A stretch of DNA of 64,000 nt, taken from NCBI RefSeq assembly GCF_006345805.1, contig NC_043008.1, positions 40,796,001 through 40,860,000 of the forward strand. The letters are read 5' to 3'. Both the position numbers and the translations under genes were made by a program. The DNA is from Octopus sinensis. Taxonomy: Eukaryota. Shown here piece by piece: positions 11,265-25,815 of this stretch. The number at the start of each line of letters is the position of its first letter. The first letter of the stretch is position 1. Under the pieces are notes generated by a model, which was given only the letters and a program-made list of their open reading frames with translations, made no database searches and was not told the DNA's origin.

Positions 11265-11317
11265 TGAGCTGATGATAGAAATGTCGAGTTGACTAATCTT
11301 GAAACGTACCTTTCTCA
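11265..11317 (+). ncRNA. Hammerhead motif in inverted copy (stem III disrupted)
   Basis: TGAGCTGATGA...GAAACGTACCTTTCTCA: GTT is replaced by CTTT. Confidence 0.5.
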
Positions 11318-11496
11318 AATAACCTTTGCATTTGATTTTTTAATGTCTTTACCCCCATATATTCGTGAGTTGAACTGAGCAAACACTATATGAGAGAGGT
11401 TTTCTTTAAGTATTAGAAATAGTTTTAAAAAAGTTTTTTTAGCTACTATTTCTAATGAGTTCAGTATGCGGCAAAGTAATTTACCCTCAATTGTTG

Positions 11497-11540
<44 letters not shown>

Positions 11541-11888
11541 TGTGTTTGTCTCTAAGTGTGTGGGTGTATGTATGTGTATGTTTTTATGGGTGGATAGGAG
11601 ATTTAAGGTAATAGTGAGAGGGGATGAGATTGATAAAGACACATGGATTAAACTTAAATTAAGAAAATCTTTGAAATAAATAGAATGATAAAAGAATTCT
11701 AATTCAATACAGCTTAATGTGGTTCGTTCCAAAAGCGATTCATGATAATATGAATTTCTTTGTTTTTAGGCACATTTTCATTGTTTTTTATTATTTATTT
11801 CGATAAGTAGCAATATCTCAACAATACATAAACATGCTTTTCTTCCACACATAGAGACACATACACACTATATACTGCTATATATATG

Positions 11889-11943
<55 letters not shown>

Positions 11944-11994
11944 ATGTGTGTGTGTGTGGTGTGTGTGTGTGTGTGCGCGCTCATATATATATAT

Positions 11995-12041
<47 letters not shown>

Positions 12042-12193
12042 GTATATATATTGATGTAAATGTATCTAATACGCATAAATATAGACATATATGATATATG
12101 ATATATATATTTATATATATATATATATATGTATATATGTTTTTTATGTGTATATATATGGGTAGATGTATTCACATAAATATAGGCAAACGC

Positions 12194-12238
<45 letters not shown>

Positions 12239-12307
12239 TATATATGTACATATATACACTCATATATATATGTGTATGTATATGTATAAGTATATATATG
12301 TGTATAT

Positions 12308-12352
<45 letters not shown>

Positions 12353-12567
12353 GCATATGAATTATATCTGCTACTGAAGTAGAATATTCCCCACTTGTAA
12401 AGAAGATTCATTAATAGTTTTCATTTCATATTCCCATGAGTTTTAAAATGATTAATGCTTCCAAAACAAATAAGTATATACTAGATATCTCTCATCTCAC
12501 ATGAGGATACACACGCTTACACAAACTGACAGACACATACAGACACATGCATATATCCTTACATATA

Positions 12568-12603
<36 letters not shown>

Positions 12604-13419
12604 TGTATGTATGTATATATATATATATGTGTGTGCATATAGGAATGTATTTGTACTTATACAAAATGCGTGTTTGTATGTATGTGTGTCTGATATAGTG
12701 CGTGTGCCAATGCGTGAATAGTTATTTTATGTGTCTCTACATATTTACCTATCTAATTATTCCTGCAATGATCTTGCTGATTTTTTATGTGTATGTTCCA
12801 CACATGAAGGACACTTGTTGAATTTCTTTCATTTATCCATTTATTTAATGTTCTTGTTCATTAACCACCTGAATAAATCTAGTGGGAATAGGAATATTTT
12901 CCTCAAATTCATTTTCTGTGAAAGCAACAATGATCTCGATCGACTCAAATTACGAGGTAATGCGAAAATAAAGAACTAATCGCTCAATGCTCAATTTGCT
13001 CTCTATGTGCCCCTTGGGAGAATTTAGTCGTTCATGGACGAAAAAGAAACGTATTTTTGGGAATTATTTTTATCACAATTGCATAGATGTGACTAACAAC
13101 TTAAGAATTTGGCTAATACAAATCTGCACTTAACATTAGTATAAAACACAAATGTAATTAGTATATTAATTAATGTTAAAGAAATGTAAGTAATAAAGCT
13201 ATATTGTATCTAAATTCAGTATCTATGGAGTCATTTATATCTATTTTGACATTGATACTTTAATTTCTGCCTACAATTCCCGCCGAAAGTAAGCGTGTTG
13301 AAATTAAAAGAATGGTCTGTAATAAGGATTTGTTAGAGTTCCGAATTAATCACTTTAGATCAGGTTCATTGTCGTTTTTATTATAAGTTTCTTCAGAGGA
13401 GTCTGTCTATATATTTTAT

Positions 13420-13780
13420 CTTTCTTGTATTGCTTATTTCAGTCATTAGACTACGGCCATGCTAGGGCATTAACTTGGAGAAATTTTACTTGAATGAGTG
13501 GAGCACTCTACTTAAGTCGTTTCGTTAAGATTGGTACTTATTTTATCAACCCTAGTACCGAACCACTAAATTATCGGGAACATAAACTCACCAACCCAAG
13601 TGGTAGTGGGAGACAAACACAGATACAAAGACATACGCATAGGAATCAATACATATAAAATATGTTCATCCGTTTATCTAATATCCAGTTACAAAGGATT
13701 GATCGACCCGAGTTTATAGCAGAAGCCACTCGCTTAAGGTGCCACGCAGTGGAAATGTAGTCGAAACTGTTCGGTTGTCC
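13420..13780 (-). mobile_element. SINE family A, old degenerate copy
   Basis: TTTCAGTCATTAGACTACGGCCATGCT...CCGAACCACTAAATT...AAGGTGCCACGCAGTGG. Confidence 0.75.
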
Positions 13781-13804
13781 CCAAAATATGTATTGAGACT
13801 GTAA

Positions 13805-14010
13805 AAAATGAAACATCCTGTCAAAATCATGGTGTTTGGAGCGATCCCTCGTAATGACGACTTTATGCTACCATTCGTCTTCCAACACGGCCTCACACTC
13901 AACACGAATGCTTACATCAAGTGCCTTGAGGCAGTAGTGCTCTTCTATGTGATGAATGTGACTGTTGAAAAACCCGGTGCCGGGTAACCAGACTTTGTAC
14001 CATGTAGGAG
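13805..14010 (+). pseudogene. Tc1/mariner-superfamily transposase fragment
   Basis: Frame from 13808 reads MKHPVKIMVFGAIPRNDDFMLPFVFQHGLTLNTNAYIKCLEAVVL...*PDFVPC, resembling the catalytic region between the first and second Asp (VMVFG...PFIF..G..LN...YI..LE..V......QQD.APCH). Confidence 0.8.
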
Positions 14011-14370
14011 AAACATGAGGAGAATAATTCCTAGATATTACACTAGTTTCCAAATCAAATACATATTGATCATACCACAAACCCAGGGAAAATCTCTAAT
14101 AAAGAGACATAAATAGTAACCACCCAGATAGCATACGCAAAAAATAGTAGAAAAAATGTCATCCCTTATCTATCATCTCTCTGCTAATGAAGAAATGTTC
14201 AAACTAAATACAGATTATTACAATTCAGCTCTAGATATAGGGACAGCTATAATGACTTGTATATACACGCATCAATGATCTGTTGTGTATATTGGATGAA
14301 GTATCCTATTTTAGCATAAGATTTGTGAAACTTCATAGTACTTGTAAAATCATTTCAATTTTTTTCTTTT

Positions 14371-14710
14371 TATTATCTCCGCCTTCGCTAAGGTGGATTA
14401 TTGTTTTTTTTTTCAATCGTGTTTGTTTGTTTTCCGTGGACAAGATATCTCAAGAACCACTGGATGGATTCGGATGAAACTTTCAAGGATTTCAGGATCT
14501 ATCCCGTACCGGACAAGGATTCTGGATTATTTTTCCTGTATTTTTAATTAATTTTTGAGTGCGGTCTGGTTCATTTTTAGTGTTCTCTTTTGTGAGAGCA
14601 GTCGAGTTTATTTCAGATATTTTCATTATAAAAATCATCTCCGGCTAATCATTGAGAGGACGTTGGTGTAGCCTTGGCGGAGGCTTGCGCTCTCTACGTG
14701 CTCTTGTTTT
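14371..14710 (+). mobile_element. Helentron-associated non-autonomous element (HINE/DINE-like)
   Basis: Subterminal inverted repeats CTCCGCC / GGCGGAG, an internal (GTTT)n stretch and a 3' GCGCTCTCTACGTGC hairpin-like end in a T-rich context. Second copy at 59108-59300. Confidence 0.65.
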
Positions 14711-17499
14711 AAACGTAGCTAATCTGGTCAACATTACCTAGAAACACTTTAAAAAAAGCGTCGAAACACACATAAAGGTCTGCATACTCAGAAACCTACT
14801 GCATATGAAACAAACATTTTGAAACAAGCAATGCGTATACAAAAAAATGTTGTGTATCTTGATTTCTTAAACATATTTCATTTGGATTCAAACATAGTGT
14901 TTATAAAATGATTTGGATCTATAACTCATCATATTGTATATAATTTACTGTCAATGCTATGTATGAATGCTGTACCTAATACTCTTGAAATGTGTGACAT
15001 ATCGTTTTCATAAATAAAATCTCCTTGAAAGTGAAGTTTTCATCTCTGGAAACATAACTCAGGTCCCATTAATGTGTGCATTAATGTGAATCATGTGGTG
15101 CATTTTATATCTCAAAAACTATATCAGGTTTATTCCACTCAGAATTTAAGCAACATCCACGTTTACAGAAATGAGAAAAGGATTCTCGCTGCATGAGCAG
15201 TGGCATGAGGATAGTTTTGTCTCTTGGAACAATCGCTGTTGTAGAAAAAAGGATCTTCTGTACTAATCTTCCTTCTTTAATTCCAAAATTAACTGATAGA
15301 ACTGGAATTTGCTGATATCTGCAGTGAGAGGAATGATGATCATCTGGATATATCCTTCAATCGCCTCCAAAAAATAAAACCCTACCTTAGTCTTCAACAT
15401 TCTTAAATCATAAAAGGTTCCCGCCTAAAATTGCTCATTACCAGGACGGAGGTTGACAATTCAACGAAAATCTTTTTTTTTTTTTACCCAAATCCATTTG
15501 CTTCAGTAAGGAACTGAATTTGCTTGGTTGTACTATCAGTTCTTCACTTTTTCTTTTGAAGAACAATTCAAATTATTCGATGGCTCAACATTGTCAAATA
15601 GATATGCAAATGTCAAATATGACTTTCAATGCATTGGATAGTGTTGTAGAACTTCCTTACTCCACTGTCTGCAAAATTTCTCTTTCATTCAATCAGTTGT
15701 AATTAGAAGTTATCACATTCATATAGTTTACAGTTCAGCATAACCTGACCCACTCTCACAGCCTCGTATTTACCGCTAATAAATGTATATAGAGCATTAA
15801 AGAACCTCTTTCAATATGGGATGCAACTTATTTTTTAACAGAAAATGTATTCCTATTTACGAAACTATGAATCCACGCTGCTCTTGAATGTCTCTCTCTC
15901 TCACTCTCCCTCGCTCTCTCTCTCCGTCTCTCTCACTTTGATATTATTTTGAGGATATGTTGCATAAATACAGCATTCACATTCTGTTGAAGATGTAGTT
16001 GTGATAAACTTGTAACTGAGTGTGAACAGCAATATCTCATTGAATTATATAAAATATAATGGAAAAACTTATTTTTCTAATTGATCGCCGGTATATTGTA
16101 ACGTTTCATTGATCTACTTCGATAGCTTGTCTTTGGAAAGAGAGTTGTCATTCAAAGTCTGAGTGGCATCCTCTCTAAGCAAAAACCTGTACTCCCTCCC
16201 CATCACACGCTGGATTAAGCTGATTATTTAATGTTTGATGCTTGTTCTATTCAACAGTCTTTTATGTCGTAATGAATTAAGTCCACTTCGAAATAGTTTC
16301 CTTTGTTTAATTTTTATTTATCTATTGCTCCTGAAAGAGCCAGTTTTGTGAATATGACGCTTCATGTTACATTACACTCCGAAACACTGAAACACGTATA
16401 TCCATCGTAAGCATACTTATGTCAGCACTTATCATGTATAAACATAATCATCGCAGGCAACTTTTTTCGTTACCATCGTTTTCGAGTTTTACAGAATTCA
16501 AACGAAGTAAAGCCATCGTTCATTTTTTTGCATACATATATTCACCAAATATTGAATATTAACTGCTTGGACATACTCAGTTTCCATATCTATGATCCCT
16601 GCCTAAGTAATTTTCTGAATCGGTAATAAAACGACTATATACTATTATATCATGTTATGTTGCTTTGTATCATAATATATCGATGCCATATACCGTTTTT
16701 TGTGTATCATTCACACAATATCTTGTGGCACGTATAACGAAGTATAAGGGCAGCAGAGCGAACCTCGGTAAGTTTTGAACTGGCGAATTTGTTTCAACTT
16801 TGTTATAATTACAAATAAAACTTCATTATAAATATTCATCCTAATAAATTAGAATCTTACTTGAGGACAACGTATATATCATTTTTCAGCATTAAAGTGT
16901 CCCGACATCCTGTTCGCGAATATCAGTTAAACTTAAAACATAATTTGCGTATATCGCTAAGCTGGTATCATTAGCTGCATTTATTACATAATATAGGATT
17001 CATATGACAAGAATTATAATGAACGTCGCTTTTATTTTAAATATACTTCCTGTAAAGCTCTTTAATCAACTGTGACTTCCGGACTTCCTTAAAAATGTTT
17101 CCTCGTCGATGTAAGTCTCACATTATATAATAGAAGAGTGTTAAATCATTCTTTCATATACTTAATTAGATTCTGGTAAAATCATGTGAGTCGTCCGCAA
17201 TTAGTTTGAAACATATCTCAGAATCCGTTAAAATACCCACTCACACACACATACACACACACACACACACTCATACACATTCGTACACATACACGCGCAA
17301 AAACATACATATATTTATAATTTGGGTCAATGTTGAAGTAATTTTTCAATAATTGTTGTTTATAACAAGACAATGCAATCAGGCTTTGTAATTGTTATTT
17401 CCTATTTACGTGATTTATTTCACATATATTAAATTCAAAACGAAACAATAGAAATAAGCAGATGCAGTACATATAACCAGACATGTGAGGTGGATGTGA

Positions 17500-17822
<323 letters not shown>

Positions 17823-17823
<1 letters not shown>

Positions 17824-18035
17824 GTGTACATTAAATTGTACATTCGAATTGAAAAGCCCGCATTTTTTTACTTACTGCCGACAAGGAGCTGCGCTTGCGC
17901 GGTAGATTTGAAAAAATTAGAATGTATAAGCACGGGGCTTATACTGGATTGCCTCGTGTATATATGTTTTAATCTAGGTGTATCTGCTGAAGAAGGCTTC
18001 GCCTAGCAAATTATTTTATTGGCTAAAATAAGTCT
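17823..18035 (+). mobile_element. Dispersed repeat, family shared with 22293-22670 and 56292-56643
   Basis: CTGCTGAAGAAGGCTTCGCCTAGCAAA matches the minus strand at ~22455-22482. CTGCGCTTGCGCGGTAGATTTGAAAA matches 56320-56350. Confidence 0.55.
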
Positions 18036-19536
18036 GAAAGAGTAAGGGAGTGTGAGTTATGTAGTGATCGAGCCTACGTTAAGGGCTGAGAGAAGAGGTA
18101 GGGTAGTAAAATGGTGGAATAAAGAATTTGGGAACAGGTTAGGGTCCTGACAGGACAGGTCATTAATGAGTTGCAGGAGAATGTATATCTGTGAGGATGT
18201 ATATACTTGCATATATTCAAACATGTATATATACATTTACATACGTATGTCTACAAAATTCATTTATGTTACATGCTTTCACGTATATACCCGCTCATTT
18301 CTATCTACTTTTTATATATTGAAATGTTTGCATACATAGAAGCATGTATGCAGGATCGCGCATGCGTATAATTGCATTTGAGTGTTCGCATATAAACACA
18401 CACTCACGCATATACACGTACACACGAAGAGGCAGGAAGGTGCAAATATATCAATATCCACATATGCCCATAGTGGTTATCTGAAATATCTATACCTAAT
18501 ATCATATATATTTACATGCACCCACTTGCCTCTTCACATACATGTGTGTGTTCGCGCGCGAATTAAATGTATATTTTCATGTACGTATATGTGAATGTAT
18601 ATGCATGTATAAATATATATATATACACTTTTGGATCTGGTTCGCACTGTTTTCATTTGCTGTACTTTTGATGCATTGTGACAGTTCGATTTTCATCTTC
18701 CTGAAATTATTTATATATCAGGTTAGGTAATATAATCTTCTTGTATCATTTATTATTGCTTTGTCTTACAATTAGTGAACTAGTGAATATTTAGTACTTT
18801 ATGCGAAGAACTTAAGGTGTTTTCTGAAATGTGCCGCTTTCAGTTAAACAAGCTGTTTTCAGCTATACCAACAGTGGACGCAGGTGTGTTGATCGAATTA
18901 TTATCGCTTCTGTCTACTACTTCCCATTTGAGGCCGAGATTCGATTTACCTGCATCTACTTTTACTCATGCTGAGTTGTTGGTATTGCTGTCAACAATGA
19001 GTGCAGAAGTAGTGATATCAATAGTCTTTAACCTCTACATCAGCATTACCCGAAGTAAAATCTATACCAACTTCATTCGAACGTCAACTTCCCATGTGAT
19101 TTTTCCCATTATTGTACTTTAATTTCATAAGATTTCCATTACCATGCTCCGTTTGTAATGTCAGTATTTTAACAATCATTCCGTATTTTAATCTAAAAAG
19201 ATTAACTAAATGTTGAATTTTACAAAATTCCGTCAAGATCTCAACAAAGAAGTTAATCTTTCCACAAGGATTATACATCTAGTTTCAACTGATTTACTCT
19301 AAAGAAAACAAAATCAGAATTGCGTTATAGAACGGATTTGAAAAGTTCTCTGATGAGTGGCAAGCATTGCATTTCAGAAATATATTCCTCAACCTACTTG
19401 AAATTACGTGAATAATCTAGGAAATAAATCACCATATTTCTCAAACCGTTTACACGATAATAAATCATCGTTTAGAAAATATATATACTGGAGAGTTAGA
19501 ATATTTTAAAGATTTCTCATAGTGGTCTACTTAACA

Positions 19537-19890
19537 AGCGCAGGTGTGTGGCTGTGTGGTAAGAAGTTTGCGTCCCAAGCAAAGGTTTCCAGGTTCAGAG
19601 CCACTGCGTGGCAGCTTGATCCTCTTTCTTCTACTATTGCCTGGGGCCCACCGAAGCCCTGTGAGTGGATTTGTTACAGGAAAATTGAAAGTAGCCCGTG
19701 GCATATACATGCGTGTGTGTGTGCGCACGCGTGTGTGTGCGCACGCGTGTGCATGTGAGTGTCTATGTGTGTCCGCCACAACTGCTGAAAACCGGTGTCT
19801 GTTTTTGTACATACACTTAACATACACTTAGAGGTTCAGAAAAAGAAGCGATAGTATAAGTATCAGGCTTAAAGTGTACTTCGGTCGTTT
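19537..19890 (+). mobile_element. SINE family A, degenerate
   Basis: GCGCAGGTGTGTGGCTGTGTGGTAAGAAG head, CCCTGTGAGTGGATTTG body and internal (GT/GC)n. Confidence 0.8.
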
Positions 19891-21130
19891 CATTCGACTG
19901 CATGGGTGCAGTCTAAATACTGGCAAATAGAAAACAATAAAGTCATCAATTGGGCTTGTTTAAACGCAACGTTCTCTGTAATCTGGAAAGTCTCATGCAT
20001 TTTCCCCAAGAACAGCCCGATAACGATAAAAAACAAATTATGTTAGAATACATTCCAAATCTGTATATGCCAAACCTTTGTCCAATAACCATCATCAGAA
20101 GTCTTCGATAAATCTATCCGCATGTGCTCCTCATATTGCGAATGATCCCACGTGGCACCTGTCCCAATGCTAGAGCATCTACAAATAAGGAACGTATTAT
20201 AAGACTCTCAGATTCCTGATAAAGTTGCCGTGATGGCATAGGCTTTTATAAAATGTCTAAATGCCTAAAACTCGATATCTCCAGAAACGTAATCGATAAT
20301 ACGTTTACATACATATATATACATGCATACTGGTGTACGTAAGTGTGTGTACGTGTGTGTGTGTGTGTGTGGTGTGTGTGTGTGTGTGTGTGTATGTGTC
20401 AGTGCCTGCGAGCATGTAAGTCTGTATGTGTTTGTGTCTGTGTATCTGTGTCAGAAACAGAGAACATAAGTGTGGTAGGGGTGTATGTAAGTATATATGA
20501 GAGAGAGAGAGTATTACAACCTCTTCACCTATATTTTTCCTTTCGCCAATCTCATTCATATTATGTCTTCTATTCAGAACACTTAACAGTGCAGGCGTAC
20601 CATTTTAAAAATACTGTTGTCAAATACAGACGCTGCAAATACAGTTTTCTTTCTTACACGATTTCTTTTTTTACCCTGTATACATTTTTGTATATATATA
20701 TATTTGTTTTCTTTCCTATTTCAGTCTTCTTCAGCGAATACTATTGTTTGTTAATATATCTTTATATCCGCACTTTTGCTTTTCTTTACCTTCTTACTTC
20801 TCTTTCACAAAGGAAATTATGACGCCACGTTATGAATGCATTGAGCCGTTGAGATTCGATTGTTTATCAATAGAAAGTACATATTGGATAATGTGAAGAA
20901 TCTGATAAATGGATGACAGTAATTCGTTCAAATACATTGAGCTATTTTCTTTATATTTGTGGCCGAGTTTTGCATAAATATTGTATTATTAAATGAACGA
21001 TGCATCACGTCCCTTTTCAACGTGTAAGCGAATTAGATTACAGAGAAGCTTTTATATGCATACATAGATAAAATTATATGCACGTACACACTCACACGCA
21101 CGCACTGATACTGGATAACAGATATACACG

Positions 21131-21175
<45 letters not shown>

Positions 21176-21464
21176 TACGTTTCTCTCGTTCTAGTATTAT
21201 TTGTAAGCTCATTAATCATAGGTGTTTCTTAGCTGGTATTTCTAGCGGTTCGCGTTCCCTGTCCTGTGGTTTGTGTTAGGGTTATTTCCCCTTGACTGTT
21301 GATTCTTAGATTACTACCTCTTCTTACTCTAGTGTGTGTGATTTTGGTTTTTGGGTCCTGATCACTTTATTTGTTAGCTATTTCTACCCTTTTATCCGGA
21401 TTCGGATTATCAATATTTCTGTTGATTCTTGTTTAGTATACTATTGCCACCGGGCCCTTGGAAG

Positions 21465-21592
21465 TGGTATAGTCTTCTCGCATTGTGTGTTGCTATTATG
21501 TGTGCTAGGTAACGTGAAGTGGAGACTGTAGGGCGAAAATTGAGTTTATTGGAGATATTATGGTATTTGCTAGATTTCCGAAAGTGTTTCCA
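21465..21592 (-). pseudogene. Probable Penelope-like RT-endonuclease linker fragment
   Basis: WKHFRKSSKYHNISNKLNFRPTVSTSRYLAHIIATHNARRLY resembles the PLE linker motif (..K.SYS...N...II..HN.K.L). No start codon; stops nearby. Confidence 0.45.
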
Positions 21593-21691
21593 CTAATTAA
21601 CAGACAAGGAACTCCAGTCAGTTTGATTCGAAACTAGCCAAATGGATAGACCATGAAAATGTTGCACCGAAAATCGTACCAGGTTGCATCT

Positions 21692-21738
<47 letters not shown>

Positions 21739-21777
21739 GTAGAAGTATATATATATATATGTGTGTGTGCGTGTGTG

Positions 21778-21833
<56 letters not shown>

Positions 21834-22098
21834 CTTATGATGTATTGGCTTCTCTGCGAATCATGAAGAAAAATAATTAAAATTGTACTGATATTTTCAT
21901 GAGTAGGCAGCTTTACTGGTTTCAGTGCTGTAATACACGCTAATTGGAAATTATTGCGAGAATCCCAACAACTTCTAATCTTATTTCTTACGAAAATGTA
22001 CTTTTGCATAAAACAGATTTGCGTACAAAACATCGGTGATTTCACTGGGCTAGAATGATTGAACACTACAGAAGAAATTGATGTCAATAGATTTTATA

Positions 22099-22159
<61 letters not shown>

Positions 22160-22292
22160 TATATACATACATACATACATACATACATACATACATACTA
22201 CATACATACATACATACATACATACATACATACATACATACATGCATGCATACATATATATATATATGTGTGTGTGTGTGTATATATATATA

Positions 22293-22670
22293 CAGTGTAC
22301 ATTTAAACACATACGAGATGGCCATAAACGGACATCTAAACCCTTAAAAGAGTAGTTAAAATCCATAAACCACAATTAGGGGAATGAAAAATAAAAACAT
22401 TTACCATGTATTCCCTGGCCCATGGTTTCCAGCAATCTTCAGCAAATAAAGTACTTTGCTAGGCGAAGCCCTCATCAGCAGGAAAGCTAAAGATTAACAT
22501 ATAAGTTTATGATTGTTCGAAACTCTTGTCCAGGGAATATATGGTAAATGTTTTTATTTTTCATTCCCGTTTGAAAATTACCCCTAATTGTGGTTTGGGA
22601 TTTTAACTACTCCTTCCTGCAGTCTACATGTCCGATTATGGCCATTTCTTATGTGTTTAAATGTACACTG
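22293..22670. mobile_element. TA-flanked long imperfect inverted-repeat element with hammerhead-like cores in both arms
   Basis: Ends are CAGTGTACATTTAAACACATA and TATGTGTTTAAATGTACACTG. Arms ~22293-22445 and ~22505-22670 are reverse complements with indels. Confidence 0.75.
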
Positions 22671-22812
22671 TATCTATAATGAATAATATATAGCTTGTTT
22701 ACTAGTTTTTTTCTACACGCTAGGACATGGCGGTAAAACATTTCTAAATAATATTTTACTACCCTAAAATTTATTTATACACACACACACACACACACTC
22801 ACACATACATAC

Positions 22813-22844
<32 letters not shown>

Positions 22845-23128
22845 CTGTGTGTGTGTGTGCGTGTGTGTGTGTGTAGACATATATACATATATACACACAC
22901 ACACAAAAACAATTGCAGCGGGGAATTTGTTTATAAGCCTTTTAAAAAATATACAAAAACCGTTATATTCTCTTCAACATTTAAATTTAATTGACCAAAA
23001 TATGTTCGTCGCTTTGAGACCGCGACCTGATTACTGACAAAATTCCGTGCTGCACACGATCTGAGATCAGGTCACATGCTATGCAAGTACACACACACAC
23101 ACACACACACCACACACACACATATATA

Positions 23129-23178
<50 letters not shown>

Positions 23179-23629
23179 TATATATAATATATATTATATT
23201 ATATTGCATGTCAGTTTACAATCAAGTGTGAACTTCAACTTTTGTCGGGCTTGGATAAGAGATAAAAAACAAGAGCTTATGTGTGCCAAGGTGGATAAGC
23301 TTTGAATTATGGCCAAAATGGAATAATGGAATTTTTGCGTGTGTAGTATAGGTAGATGTAGCTTGCAGAAAACTGTTCCATTATTGAACACCGTGGTTTC
23401 ATTGCGGTACAGTTTGGTTTGGATTAATGACGTTTTATCTTTGCTTGGCTGAAAGTTCAAATATCAATTTATAGTTTATGGAATATAGTCTATAATGCAT
23501 TGTACTTAGATGTATGATATTTTACTTCTTAATATACACTTACTATGACTTTCCTCTCCAGTAGAAGTTCATGTTGTTTCAAATACATGTAGACAAGTAG
23601 CATGAAGAATATCACGTAACAGCAGATCT

Positions 23630-23790
23630 AAAGATATGTGTTCTGTGAATAAAAAGAGCCCCGGAAAAGATCACTTCTACAGGACCAATATCGCAGACAA
23701 AAATGGTACCACTAACATTTATATTAGGCGAACCAGAAACAAATTCAAAGAACGATATACACAAAACGTTCCTGTAAGTGTCTATGAATT
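23630..23790 (+). pseudogene. Penelope-like GIY-YIG endonuclease fragment
   Basis: CSVNKKSPGKDHFYRTNIADKNGTTNIYIRRTRNKFKERYTQN matches the PLE pattern C......vIY.a.i......YIG.T...FKERY..H with a degenerate YIG. Confidence 0.65.
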
Positions 23791-23804
23791 TAGACATGCA
23801 TGTC

Positions 23805-23890
<86 letters not shown>

Positions 23891-23961
23891 TTGGGGAATA
23901 AATCCAAATTGGATTAAGTCTTTCTTTGTTTGATTTGCATAATAGTGTTTTTTTTCTCTAA

Positions 23962-24007
<46 letters not shown>

Positions 24008-24432
24008 TACACATTTATATATATATTTTATATATATATGTATGTATGTATAAATACATCTGCGTTTCTTTCATATTCACACAATCTATCTATGCCTCCC
24101 AATACATGTGGACGTATATGTATGTGGAATTGTCGTTATGGATATAATCATCGTTGCATACCATAATTAAAGCTGGTAATTATATAAACCCTGACGGCGC
24201 GTAGGATAATTTAAATACATACATATTCCCAAATAAAGCACGTTCGTTAATCATAGGTGTAGAGGCTAACACATGTACATTATGTTTATATGTATATATG
24301 TGTTATTTCAATGTGTGTGTGTTTGTGTATACACATCTATGTGGACTCTTGTTTCTAGGTAGTGACTAATATTACAAAAGACATAAGCGTAAATATCTCT
24401 CTACGTATATCTATCCTTGCGTTATATTTCAT

Positions 24433-24508
<76 letters not shown>

Positions 24509-25554
24509 CACACCAGCTCCAGGAATGCGTTTTATATATGTGTGTGAGTGAGGGGGTTTCTGTGTGTAAGTATGCATGTATGTATGCATCTATGTATTGT
24601 CCCACATCTTGTTTACTGATCTCAGTGCAATTAGTCAGATATTCGTAACGTCATGTCACTCTTAATTACCTCTTGTATGTTTTTCTATGCATCGTTAATC
24701 TGGTATGAACAACAATATTTCGCACGTCTGCATCGCTATTACTAGGCATCATTACACTCCCTGTAGAAATTAATATTCCTTATGATTCCGTCCATCACCA
24801 CAACTACGGCCAATTATACCATGGCCATAGGCACTTTTTTTACCATCATCAGTATTTCAATTAACATTTTCTGAAAAATAATGGATTGTAGGCTCTTCAA
24901 ATTGCCTAACAAACTAATAAGAAATGTTAGGTTTCTGTGTCCGAAATTCTATGATAAAATTAAATACTAGAAAATAATTTATATAACATTCTCCCCTTAT
25001 ATAGATTACCAGAACATTGTATGTCATAGGATGTAGCGTGGGGCAGATTAAATTAAATCTACCGTGGATATTCGCGGCCACGCCACTCTCAAAGTCAATA
25101 GGAACAACAACGATAACACCGAGTGTTAGGAAAGGATTAATCACGGTTCGAGTTTTTTAAAAATAATTACCCGGCGTGTAAATTACATTTAATTCGATTT
25201 TCTTGATGGCGACTTAATTTGTGTTCACAAATTGCTTAAGTATTATCTATACTGAACTACTTAACATTAATATTTACGGTTGCGTGGAGACATAAAGAAT
25301 GGTCGATTTTGGTATGAGATGATATAGTGTTCTTGCGCAAAGGTGGGTGTCCTGTATTTTCTATTCAATGGCAATGGGACTATATTCATTTATGAGGAAA
25401 GGTATTCCATTTTTATTATCCACCGTATCAATTACAAATGGTAATGAAAAAAATGATACGTGATTTGATCTCTCTCCCCACCCTATTTCATATTCGTTCG
25501 TTTCTCTCCCGCTCTATCTCTCCTTTTTTCTCCCACCCGTTCTTTCTTTTACCT

Positions 25555-25603
25555 CTCTCTACCTATCTATCTCTACCTAACTGTCTGTCTATCTATAACT
25601 GTT

Positions 25604-25641
<38 letters not shown>

Positions 25642-25658
25642 GATCGATCTGTCTATCG

Positions 25659-25701
<43 letters not shown>

Positions 25702-25815
25702 AATCTATCTATCTATCTATCTATATATCGATCTATCTATCGATCTATCTATCGATCTATCTATCTATCTATCTATCGATCTATCTATCGATCAATCTAT
25801 CTATCTATCTATCCA
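25555..25815. repeat. (CTAT)n microsatellite with recurrent CGAT variants
   Basis: Directly visible. Confidence 0.95.

Larger units (their letters stand above)
9202..11505 (-). mobile_element. Hammerhead-bearing ~564-bp tandem array (3 copies + partial + inverted copy); retrozyme/PLE pLTR-like non-autonomous element
   Basis: Units start at ~9202, ~9768, ~10327 and ~10894 (partial, to 11001). An inverted copy spans 11003-11483. Flanked by (TA)n on both sides, with hammerhead motifs in each unit. Confidence 0.8.

Noticed and set aside
15125-15356. Minus-strand stop-free frame RIYPDDHHSSHCRYQQIPVLSVNFGIKEGRLVQK...
   Set aside because: No motif recognised; could be chance.
19352-19385. CTGATGA...GAAAT hammerhead-like spacing
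   Set aside because: No stems and no NUH site.
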